A DNA stretch of 24,000 nucleotides from Lactobacillus phage LfeInf: the sequence record KP054477.1. One strand, written 5' to 3'. Position 1 is the stretch's first letter; every line of letters begins with the position of its first letter. The notes under the pieces are model-generated. The model worked only from the letters and a program-made list of their open reading frames with translations, ran no database searches and was not told where the DNA came from. This document shows, one piece after another, positions 1 through 7,378 of this stretch. The position numbers and the translations under genes are program-made.

Positions 1-33
1 ACCCCTAAACCGGGTGGCCTTTTTGTATATAAA

Positions 34-63
34 AAAAGAGATAGCTATTACACTATCTCTTTA
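34..63 (-). terminator. Intrinsic terminator of the tail tube-like gene
   Basis: AGAGATAG-8 nt-CTATCTCT perfect 8-bp hairpin followed on the minus strand by TTTTTTTATAT. Confidence 0.8.
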
Positions 64-103
64 TATAAAACAGTTACCACCTATTTGTAAAATAGATACC
101 CTA

Positions 104-541
104 TTAACTTACAGAAGTTGTTCCACTGCTAAGGTACAAAAATTCTATTGACTCAGTCACGATTTGATTACTACGGTACGCAGTGGAGTAACTGGAAGCC
201 GAACAACCATAGAATGACTCAACTAGGTTCTTAGTTACACTGTCCATAACGTTAATGGTGATAATATCCTTGTTGAGGATATCCTCACCTAGGGCGGCAA
301 TCGCACCCATTTGGGCACTTGCCAAGTTACTTGAAACCATGCGGAACCGCTCAAGCGTAACACTACCCGTATATTTGAGGTAAACGTGTTCTTGTGGCAT
401 GATGGAACCGATTTCATACACACCCTCTGTACCAAATGAGCGTTGCGCACTTAGAGATTGTGCCCTTGCCACAAGGTGGTTCTGGGCCATAATGTAAATA
501 CGGTTTGCGCTGTTCACAGTTTGATTATTTACCGTCGCCAA
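104..541 (-). CDS. Phage tail tube-like protein (145 aa)
   Basis: Size and sequence style typical of SPO1-like tube proteins (EDILNKDIITINVMDSVTKNLVESFYGCSASSYSTAY...); complete ORF in a phage context. Confidence 0.5.
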   Translation of the reverse strand: MATVNNQTVNSANRIYIMAQNHLVARAQSLSAQRSFGTEGVYEIGSIMPQEHVYLKYTGSVTLERFRMVSSNLASAQMGAIAALGEDILNKDIITINVMDSVTKNLVESFYGCSASSYSTAYRSNQIVTESIEFLYLSSGTTSVS

Positions 542-637
542 TATTAAAACCTCCTAAAAAGTTTAGCTAAACTATGTTTTTCTAGACTTAATATAGGAGG
601 TTAGCAAGCTACTTACCCCTCACTAACTATCATCGCC

Positions 638-892
638 TTAACCATTTTTTATATATACAACAATTGGCAAGGCTTTAGTACAAGACAAAATTAAACCATC
701 TTTGTACAGTTTCCACCAACTTTCTTTTGGGAAACCTAATTTATTGGCGTTGGCACTAACAAAAGCCAGAAACGGTGAAAGTACAATTACCACTAAACTA
801 TCAATGGCTAAAATAACAAATGGTAATGCAATAAGTACATAAGCTAATGATAAGTTACCCCACCATGCAATCTTTTTTAAAATTTTATTCAT
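638..892 (-). CDS. Small membrane protein, paralog of 2360..2614
   Basis: Shared SLVVI.LSP..AFVSAN..KL..P.ESWWKLYK.GLI.SCT..LPIVV with 2360..2614; hydrophobic segments. Confidence 0.75.
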   Translation of the reverse strand: MNKILKKIAWWGNLSLAYVLIALPFVILAIDSLVVIVLSPFLAFVSANANKLGFPKESWWKLYKDGLILSCTKALPIVVYIKNG

Positions 893-894
893 TT

Positions 895-1185
895 TTAATG
901 TTCCCCCTTAAACAAGTAGGGAAAGTATTCCACACATAGATTAATAACCTTACTATACAAAGCTACATCATCTTTATCTAACAAGCTGGAGCTTATCTCA
1001 ACTATAGGTGTACCTTGAAGATATGTGAAGGTGACAAGGGGAACTAGATTGTCGTTATCTTTTCTATACCAAATAATCATATCTACTTTGCTATGGTCAT
1101 AACCATACAAGTTATGGTACTTGTCTACGGTTAGGTGTGGGTTAAGCTGTTCTACTTTTTTAATAAATTCATCTGTCTTAGTCAT
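895..1185 (-). CDS. Hypothetical protein, same apparent family as 1872..2153 and 11793..12089
   Basis: ORF with a C-terminal pattern G.P...I......(N/M)L..LC..YL/F shared with two other ORFs in the window. Confidence 0.65.
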   Translation of the reverse strand: MTKTDEFIKKVEQLNPHLTVDKYHNLYGYDHSKVDMIIWYRKDNDNLVPLVTFTYLQGTPIVEISSSLLDKDDVALYSKVINLCVEYFPYLFKGEH

Positions 1186-1190
1186 TATCT

Positions 1191-1526
1191 TTACCCCCTA
1201 CAATCATTCCAAAAACAATCTTCCATATAGGGTTTGCCAAACTTGTTGAACATAAACTTACGCATAAACTTAGTTAAGTAGAAAACATAGCCAAACCCAA
1301 CAGCATTGCTAAGCACACCATAGTCGTTAACTTCAAAGCTATCCTCAAGTAGTATTTCATTATCATCATCATCTAAAGCGTAGTAGCTACCCTTGAAAGT
1401 GATTGTATATATACTCTTAATAACATCAAGATGTTCAACTTTAAAGCCACAATACTGTGCAATGAACACTGAATATAACTCACCCAACTCATAACTATTT
1501 AACTGATTAACATATTTAAGTTTCAT
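1191..1526 (-). CDS. Hypothetical protein (paralog of 1529..1858); corrected start
   Basis: MKLKYVNQL start at 1526 has an AGGGGG Shine-Dalgarno, removes the overlap with the upstream gene and aligns with the paralog start MKYVEQL. Confidence 0.7.
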   Translation of the reverse strand: MKLKYVNQLNSYELGELYSVFIAQYCGFKVEHLDVIKSIYTITFKGSYYALDDDDNEILLEDSFEVNDYGVLSNAVGFGYVFYLTKFMRKFMFNKFGKPYMEDCFWNDCRG

Positions 1527-1528
1527 AT

Positions 1529-1858
1529 TTAATAACCCCCTAAACCGTCCCAAAAACAATCGATAGCATATTGTTTCCCAAACTTCCAAACCATGTGCCT
1601 ACGATAATGCTGTGCCATCACCCAATTCGGATTATTTTCAGAATATACATTAAAATCATCAAGTTCAAGAGTAAAGAGAGCAGGACATTCTACATCTTTG
1701 ATAATACCCCTATCAAAGTTCCCCCTAATGGTAATCAAAGGTTGATCTCGGATAATTTGGCAATCACCATCAATTTTATCCACCCTGTAAAAGTCTTTAA
1801 CTAAGCATACATATAATTTTTTCAATTCATCATCAGTTAATTGTTCAACGTATTTCAT
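1529..1858 (-). CDS. Hypothetical protein (paralog of 1191..1526); corrected start
   Basis: MKYVEQLTDDEL start at 1858 preceded by AGGGGGAGAACT; C-terminal KFGK.Y..DCFW.. shared with the downstream neighbour. Confidence 0.7.
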   Translation of the reverse strand: MKYVEQLTDDELKKLYVCLVKDFYRVDKIDGDCQIIRDQPLITIRGNFDRGIIKDVECPALFTLELDDFNVYSENNPNWVMAQHYRRHMVWKFGKQYAIDCFWDGLGGY

Positions 1859-1871
1859 AGTTCTCCCCCTA

Positions 1872-2153
1872 TTAATCATCACATAAACTATCACCAAAGA
1901 ACGCTTCTAGATACTGACCACACAGCATAGCTAGATTTCCAAACGATTCTAAACCGTCTTTATCAAAGACAACTGGTACTGGTTGATCAAGTTTAACAAT
2001 GGTTACTGGTACACCACCAATAACCTGCATTGTAAATATGGTTATGTCGCCATATTTGATTTCAAACATTTCTTTGGTAACAATTCCAAGAGTTAATTCT
2101 TCATCAATTGCTTCCAGCTTCTTGTTAAACTCATCAACTAATTTCTGATTCAT
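1872..2153 (-). CDS. Hypothetical protein (93 aa)
   Basis: Complete ORF in a collinear minus-strand cluster; weak similarity to 895..1185 and 11793..12089. Confidence 0.65.
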   Translation of the reverse strand: MNQKLVDEFNKKLEAIDEELTLGIVTKEMFEIKYGDITIFTMQVIGGVPVTIVKLDQPVPVVFDKDGLESFGNLAMLCGQYLEAFFGDSLCDD

Positions 2154-2174
2154 ACTTAATCACCTCTGTAAAAT

Positions 2175-2342
2175 TCAAATAATTTTGAATAGTTTTGACA
2201 AGAGTTGCTTATCCTTACGCCTGACATACCTATTAGCGTCATGCTTGTGTTCCTTCATCACCTGCTTATCTGAATGTTCACCCCGCCACCAATATAGATA
2301 CCTGATAGAATCGTTATATCGTCTTTTACTTTTGCTTAGCAT
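2175..2342 (-). CDS. Small basic protein (55 aa) missing from the ORF track
   Basis: Translates to MLSKSKRRYNDSIRYLYWWRGEHSDKQVMKEHKHDANRYVRRKDKQLLSKLFKII*; fills the gap between neighbouring minus genes; AGGGTGG upstream at a rather long spacing. Confidence 0.55.
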   Translation of the reverse strand: MLSKSKRRYNDSIRYLYWWRGEHSDKQVMKEHKHDANRYVRRKDKQLLSKLFKII

Positions 2343-2359
2343 TACTAACCACTACCACC

Positions 2360-2614
2360 CTAAAAGTGATTATAAAATACGACAATTGGTAATAATTCAG
2401 TACAAGACATAATTAAACCAGCTTTATACAGTTTCCACCAACTTTCTGTTGGGTAATTTAATTTCTGGCCATTAGCACTCACAAAGGCAAAAAGTGGTGA
2501 AAGTAAAATTACCACTAAACTACTAATGGCTAAAAGAATCAATGGTAATATACAAATTACAAAAGCCAATGACATATTACACCACCGTGCAATATTTTCT
2601 AAAGTTTCCTTCAT
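2360..2614 (-). CDS. Small membrane protein, paralog of 638..892
   Basis: See 638..892; AGGGGGAG ribosome-binding site region and promoter upstream. Confidence 0.75.
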   Translation of the reverse strand: MKETLENIARWCNMSLAFVICILPLILLAISSLVVILLSPLFAFVSANGQKLNYPTESWWKLYKAGLIMSCTELLPIVVFYNHF

Positions 2615-2648
2615 TTAATTAACTCCCCCTTTCCTAATTGATGATTTA

Positions 2649-2676
2649 AGTATAGCATATCAAGCCTAAAAGTCAA
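2649..2676 (-). promoter_or_regulatory. Sigma70-type extended -10 promoter
   Basis: TTGACT-N16-TATACT with TGC immediately before the -10. Confidence 0.7.
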
Positions 2677-2729
2677 TAGCTTTTATAAAATAAAAACTTC
2701 GACTTACAATTATATTAAACTCGCAGGAG

Positions 2730-3707
2730 ATGATTAATGTGCAACAACTTTACAAGATAAGAAGCACTCACGAAATAGAGAATATAAAAGGTGGTGATTA
2801 CGACTGGTTAGAAATTACTAAGCCTGATGATAGCGATCTAAGCCTTGTACAAAAGCGAACTGGACTAGAGATTAGTACCTCAAAGCTCATTCTATCTAGC
2901 CATGAAAGTAGCCATATCGAAGGGCTAACGGAACCAGACAAACCACTTATGATTGTACTCCAGTACCCCAAAATGGTCGAATCAAACCTAGGGGATTTCA
3001 AAGAGTACGCCACTAGCCCGATTATCCTGATTCTAAGTAATGATGGGGATAACAATGACCTGATTACAATCAGTAATCATGAGCCATCTTTTATAGCCAA
3101 GATACAAGAAGATAGTAAAAGCTTAAAGGTTCCAATAACCAATAAGAAAGATATAATGCTTCTGGTTATCTATTATATGTCACAAGAATACAGAAGTATT
3201 CTAAGATCATTAAATAAGGACGCTAACAGCTTGGAGCAGTCACTTAAAACGGCGACAAACAATATTATATTTTATCATGTAATGTCAATTCAAAAGACGG
3301 TTTCTTCATTTCTGGATTCACTTGCTAATAACCAAAATATCTGTGAGAAAATAGAGAATGACGCTAATTACTTTGCATCTGAAAAGTACACAGAATTAGC
3401 TAGGTCTGCTAGTCTTGCCCTAGAAGAAACATCAGAAGCGGCTCGACACTTGGACTACATTTTAGATAAGTATACAAGTCTAGTATCGTCAATCGTTGGT
3501 AATAACCAACTGGTTACTATTAACAAATTCACGGAGTGGGGTATCGTTCTTTCCTTTTTGAGTGCCTCTTTTGGCGCCCTTGGTATGAATTACTATCTTC
3601 CTGGAGAAAGCAGTCATGTTACTACCATTCTAGTTTTTGCTACAATCTTTGCTTCTTCAATTTGGCTAAGTAAGTATATTAGAAAGTTACTAAAGGGTAA
3701 AAAATAA
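2730..3707 (+). CDS. CorA-like membrane protein (putative divalent-cation channel)
   Basis: C-terminal GMN motif (FGALGMNYYLPG) next to transmembrane segment(s); N-terminal YDWLEITKPDDSDLSLVQKRTG and central helical region fit CorA architecture. AGGAG at 2725-2729 favours a GTG start at 2739. Confidence 0.6.
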   Translation: MINVQQLYKIRSTHEIENIKGGDYDWLEITKPDDSDLSLVQKRTGLEISTSKLILSSHESSHIEGLTEPDKPLMIVLQYPKMVESNLGDFKEYATSPIILILSNDGDNNDLITISNHEPSFIAKIQEDSKSLKVPITNKKDIMLLVIYYMSQEYRSILRSLNKDANSLEQSLKTATNNIIFYHVMSIQKTVSSFLDSLANNQNICEKIENDANYFASEKYTELARSASLALEETSEAARHLDYILDKYTSLVSSIVGNNQLVTINKFTEWGIVLSFLSASFGALGMNYYLPGESSHVTTILVFATIFASSIWLSKYIRKLLKGKK

Positions 3708-3711
3708 TAAC

Positions 3712-3739
3712 AAAAGGCTGGTATTAACCGGCCTTTTTT
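3712..3739. terminator. Bidirectional intrinsic terminator between convergent genes
   Basis: AAAAGGCTGGT-ATTA-ACCGGCCTTTTTT hairpin. Confidence 0.85.
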
Positions 3740-3752
3740 ATTACTTATTTTA

Positions 3753-3938
3753 TTATAACGAAAGAATTAGTGCAAAGATAGACCAGCCAATTATCCAGCC
3801 ATGAGCCTTAAAATAAATTTCTGCTACAATAAGGCCACAAATCCCACAGATCGCTAAGCCATGACCTAAGCCATCACCTTTAGAATCCGTTATGATTTTA
3901 CCATCAGAATCAATTATGATTTTGTTTTTAGAGTTCAT
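3753..3938 (-). CDS. Small membrane protein; corrected start
   Basis: MNSKNKIIIDSDG start at 3938 with AAGGAAGG ribosome-binding site; the upstream part of the longer ORF is promoter/leader repeat. Confidence 0.7.
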   Translation of the reverse strand: MNSKNKIIIDSDGKIITDSKGDGLGHGLAICGICGLIVAEIYFKAHGWIIGWSIFALILSL

Positions 3939-3945
3939 TATTATT

Positions 3946-4048
3946 ACCTTCCTTTTCTTTTTTGTTCTTGTCCTTTCGACAACTATACAATACCACAAGT
4001 AGAGATGATGTCAATACTTTTTGTTAAAAAATATAAAATAAAAGACTG
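3946..4048 (-). repeat. Promoter/leader intergenic repeat, copy 1
   Basis: About 95% identical over ~103 bp to 12695..12796. Confidence 0.85.
3987..4014 (-). promoter_or_regulatory. Extended -10 promoter
   Basis: TTGACA-N16-TATTGT with TGG before the -10. Confidence 0.75.
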
Positions 4049-4062
4049 GTATTAACCAGCCT
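4043..4062 (-). terminator. Terminator of the tail lysin gene
   Basis: AGGCTGGT-TAAT-ACCAGTCT hairpin followed by TTTATTTTATATTTTTT on the minus strand. Confidence 0.8.
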
Positions 4063-4069
4063 CTTATAC

Positions 4070-6097
4070 TTACTTCTTAGCTCGGAAGAACCCTGTCGAG
4101 GGAGACGAGTTGCCAAACATACTTTGGTAGCCGCCCTCACACACAGATGGGTGACGGTCTATACAGTTGATAACTTTGGTATCAGACCCTTTCCATTTCT
4201 CTAAAAGGATCCCAGTATGTGGGTTAGCATTATTGATGACAATATCACCAGCTTTAGTATCGTCAGCACTAATTTGGTCGAGATATGGCTCCATTGAAAA
4301 AGTTGTCCACGGACTATCACTTGTTTGATACCCACATGATTTTAAAACGTACCATACAAAACTTGAGCAGTCTGCTGACCCATTATCCTTTGGTTTTCCA
4401 ATATCTCCAAAATTAGCCCGATTAGCTTGGGAGTAAGACCAATTCTTACCCTCCACCTTCTTAGCAAAGGAAACAATATCACCATCACTACCAGAAGATG
4501 AACTAGAACTGTCTGAATCTGGTGTAGCATTCTCAACCGCCGCCGCTAAGGTCTGCTCCCCAAAGTACCCACCAACAAAGTTGGTAAAGGTGCCCCAAAA
4601 AGACCATTCATTTGAGAAACGCTTATTAGTATTGGTAATATCATCACCTAAAGGAACCCCCCGAGTAATGGTAAGAGTGACCATTAAACCGTTGGAAAAG
4701 TCAAAGCTGTACTGTTCACCCTCACAATAAAATTCCCAGTAAGTTCCGTTTGCTCGATCATAAAAGTAGATACGAGTACCAATAAAGTTATTCTCTTTAA
4801 AAGTGGTTTGCTCGCTTTCAAGTCCGGCAAAAGTTATGGTTCCTGAATAAAACTTAGCGTTATCCGCATACCAATTAAACAGCTTCTCACTATACCTGGC
4901 AAAGAAGAAATTAACGGAATCATTACCATTCATCGGAGATCCACTAACTCCATCTTCGGTATCAGTGATCTTATATTGACTTAGAATCTGGTTGTAGGCA
5001 CTTTCTGAAATGGTTCCCCCATTGTTAATTGCATACTCAACCATTTCATAAGCCTGTTTACTACCAATTGAATACCCCAATAAATTAATTAATTCACTAG
5101 CCGCCTTTTTAGGGTTTTGTTTCATAGCTTTATATGACTTCAAGTAAGTAGTGTCTTTAGCTAAATTAGTAGTCGTTGGTACATAATTCGGGGCAATAAT
5201 ACTAAGATACTTAGTGGTACTCATTGAGTTTTTACTTAGCCACAATGAATTAGCCTGCTCCTTAGTAATGCCATAACTACTAATTGAATTAAAGAACGCC
5301 ACATTAGAATTGGTTGCCTTTAACGCATTCATTACCGCATTATAAGCGGTACTACCACCATACTCTTTCGGGATTGACAAGTTAGCATTAGAACCTTTAC
5401 GCCCACTAGTAAGATAGAAAGCGTCCACAATGCTAGTATATGGGGGGTAGTGTAGTTGAGCCGTCTTATCCGTGTAACCCTTCATAGCTTCACTATCTGC
5501 ATATGTGGTTCCGGGAGTATGTGACTGACTATCTAATTCTAGCGTTTGACCATTAAAGTAATCTGTATTAGCTTCCATGAGCTTATAGCCATAACGGCGA
5601 ACTAACTCTATGTTAGTAAGTGGGTATAAATTAGCATTGATTCCTCCTGAATAAGTGGTGTCTCCAAGGTTTTGGGTAGGTGTAATCTTAAAGACTGCTG
5701 ATTGCTCACTATCACTATTTTCAATACTAATATCTGTAATTAATTCAGTTGGAATGGTGTTAGTAGTTAGACCCTTCCAATTCTCGGGGTCAAAAGGGGT
5801 TGGTCGATATACAAAAGTTGGAATCCCACGTACATTTGTCCAGAACATTTCATTAAATGGTTGAGAAGAAACATCTTTAATCATTTGTAAGATGGAACCA
5901 TTGTAGTTTGTATATGGGTTAGAAGTCCCAGTATCAGGAGGGTAACTTTCATCTAAGTTTTCCCATATATCAAACTCAACCAGATTTTGCATAGGAATAT
6001 CATCACCATCGGCAACCGCAAGTGGGATATTCATCATGTTAGCGTAAAGACTAGCGTTATTAGAACTAGAACTTGACTTACTATCTTTATCTGCCAT
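4070..6097 (-). CDS. Tail-associated protein with C-terminal NlpC/P60-type peptidoglycan hydrolase domain (675 aa)
   Basis: C-terminal DCSSFVWYVLKSCG ... KAGDIVINNANPHTGILLE (Cys and His motif); Ser/Gly-rich linker before the domain; large structural N-terminus. Confidence 0.75.
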   Translation of the reverse strand: MADKDSKSSSSSNNASLYANMMNIPLAVADGDDIPMQNLVEFDIWENLDESYPPDTGTSNPYTNYNGSILQMIKDVSSQPFNEMFWTNVRGIPTFVYRPTPFDPENWKGLTTNTIPTELITDISIENSDSEQSAVFKITPTQNLGDTTYSGGINANLYPLTNIELVRRYGYKLMEANTDYFNGQTLELDSQSHTPGTTYADSEAMKGYTDKTAQLHYPPYTSIVDAFYLTSGRKGSNANLSIPKEYGGSTAYNAVMNALKATNSNVAFFNSISSYGITKEQANSLWLSKNSMSTTKYLSIIAPNYVPTTTNLAKDTTYLKSYKAMKQNPKKAASELINLLGYSIGSKQAYEMVEYAINNGGTISESAYNQILSQYKITDTEDGVSGSPMNGNDSVNFFFARYSEKLFNWYADNAKFYSGTITFAGLESEQTTFKENNFIGTRIYFYDRANGTYWEFYCEGEQYSFDFSNGLMVTLTITRGVPLGDDITNTNKRFSNEWSFWGTFTNFVGGYFGEQTLAAAVENATPDSDSSSSSSGSDGDIVSFAKKVEGKNWSYSQANRANFGDIGKPKDNGSADCSSFVWYVLKSCGYQTSDSPWTTFSMEPYLDQISADDTKAGDIVINNANPHTGILLEKWKGSDTKVINCIDRHPSVCEGGYQSMFGNSSPSTGFFRAKK

Positions 6098-6108
6098 AAC
6101 TATGCCCC

Positions 6109-7110
6109 CTAACTATTGTCGCCATTATTGGCAATGCTATCCATGTATGCTGAATAGGTGTCCTCGCTAATCGCATTTCCCATTAGATCGCCCCACCAAT
6201 CAACCTGAACCGCGGTAGAACGAGTTGTAATACCAATACCATATGAATTATCATTAACACTTTCAAAATCATAAGTATTACTCCCACCTTGATTTTGAAG
6301 GATAAACCTATTAATAATCTGTTTGATGATATTGGCACTGGTATGATTACCAAAAGCAATCCCGGTCTTTTCATCATCGGGTAACATTTGATAACCACTT
6401 AGGTTAGCCGATAATTCACTAAAACTTGCTAACTGAATACTGGAAAGAATCTTTGCCATACCTTGACCAACAATGGTGTAGGTTGTTTGGTTAGAACTAT
6501 AAGAAGTGTTTCTAGACAAAGACGAAATCAAACCATAGTAAATGTTGTACTTAATTGAATCAACTTGGGTATTGGCGTCCCCTTGAAAGTAAGAAATTGT
6601 ATCTTCAAATTCAGTCGAATAAGTAGTATTATCTCCACTACCACTAGTCTTTAACTGCCACCGCTTGTTAGCAAGAGAAACATTAGGTTTAAGACCATCA
6701 TTATTACCACTACTACCAACGGGTAAAACTAAATCAATACGAATTAAATCATTAACTGACAAAACAGAACTCCAATCGTATTGATCTCCAAGAGTGATAG
6801 TACAAGTTGGAATATCATTACTCATCAAGTTCTGTGTTTGTAGACTGATAATGTCATCGATAAAATCTTCTCTGGCGCCATTAGGTAAGTAATGTGAGTA
6901 GTTGCGTGGAACCAAAGGATACGTTCCTTCAATGGTCGAGATAACTACTGATGGCACATAAGATACGCTGTGGGCATACCTTAAAGTTTCTTTGTCTGTT
7001 GGGCTTGCAACCGGGGTAATTTCCTCCGGTACAAGCATTAACTTACTTGATTCTGCTTGAGCATTACTACTATTATTTGAGTTAGAACTGCTCTTATTAC
7101 TATCAGCCAT
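6109..7110 (-). CDS. Baseplate/tail hub-like structural protein
   Basis: Position upstream of the tail lysin; pattern CTITLGDQYDWSSVLSVNDLIRIDLVLP; Ser/Asn-rich N-terminus like its neighbour. Confidence 0.4.
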   Translation of the reverse strand: MADSNKSSSNSNNSSNAQAESSKLMLVPEEITPVASPTDKETLRYAHSVSYVPSVVISTIEGTYPLVPRNYSHYLPNGAREDFIDDIISLQTQNLMSNDIPTCTITLGDQYDWSSVLSVNDLIRIDLVLPVGSSGNNDGLKPNVSLANKRWQLKTSGSGDNTTYSTEFEDTISYFQGDANTQVDSIKYNIYYGLISSLSRNTSYSSNQTTYTIVGQGMAKILSSIQLASFSELSANLSGYQMLPDDEKTGIAFGNHTSANIIKQIINRFILQNQGGSNTYDFESVNDNSYGIGITTRSTAVQVDWWGDLMGNAISEDTYSAYMDSIANNGDNS

Positions 7111-7129
7111 TTAATCACCACCTTCTTAC

Positions 7130-7378
7130 TTAATCTAGCAAGTCGGGGTATGATTCTTTGATCTTGGCCATGCGTTCTTGAACATTATCAACTGTATAAT
7201 CATCGGCATAAAAGGCAGTGTAGGTATCGTCAACGAGTAAATGCTTGTCCTTTAAATTACATACGTTACCCACTCTGGCCCCAGTTACATTACACGCAAT
7301 AGCGGCGTCCGCACGGGAACCATATCGATACCCCTTGTTGGTATGAATATTATATAAAATAGTAGCTCTCTTTTTCAT
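7130..7378 (-). CDS. Small protein resembling NUMOD-like DNA-binding modules
   Basis: YNIHTNKGYRYGSRADAAIACNVTGARVGNVCNLK resembles small modules found in HNH endonucleases; no nuclease domain present. Confidence 0.35.
   Translation of the reverse strand: MKKRATILYNIHTNKGYRYGSRADAAIACNVTGARVGNVCNLKDKHLLVDDTYTAFYADDYTVDNVQERMAKIKESYPDLLD

Noticed and set aside
1529-1589. 61-nt overlap between ORFs 1191..1589 and 1529..1897
   Set aside because: Artefact of upstream ATGs; corrected starts (1526 and 1858) with good ribosome-binding sites remove it.
1571-1804. Plus-strand ORFs antisense to clear genes (1571..1804, 2185..2412, 5655..5864, 11534..11767, 11626..11817, 11890..12135, 13098..13298, 13890..14105, 17955..18182, 19077..19298, 21018..21203, 22708..22905)
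   Set aside because: All lie opposite stronger minus-strand genes without ribosome-binding sites or promoters.
2798-3055. Minus-strand ORFs 2798..3055, 4342..4536, 6183..6398 and 19369..19569
   Set aside because: Each overlaps a longer, family-supported ORF and lacks translation signals.
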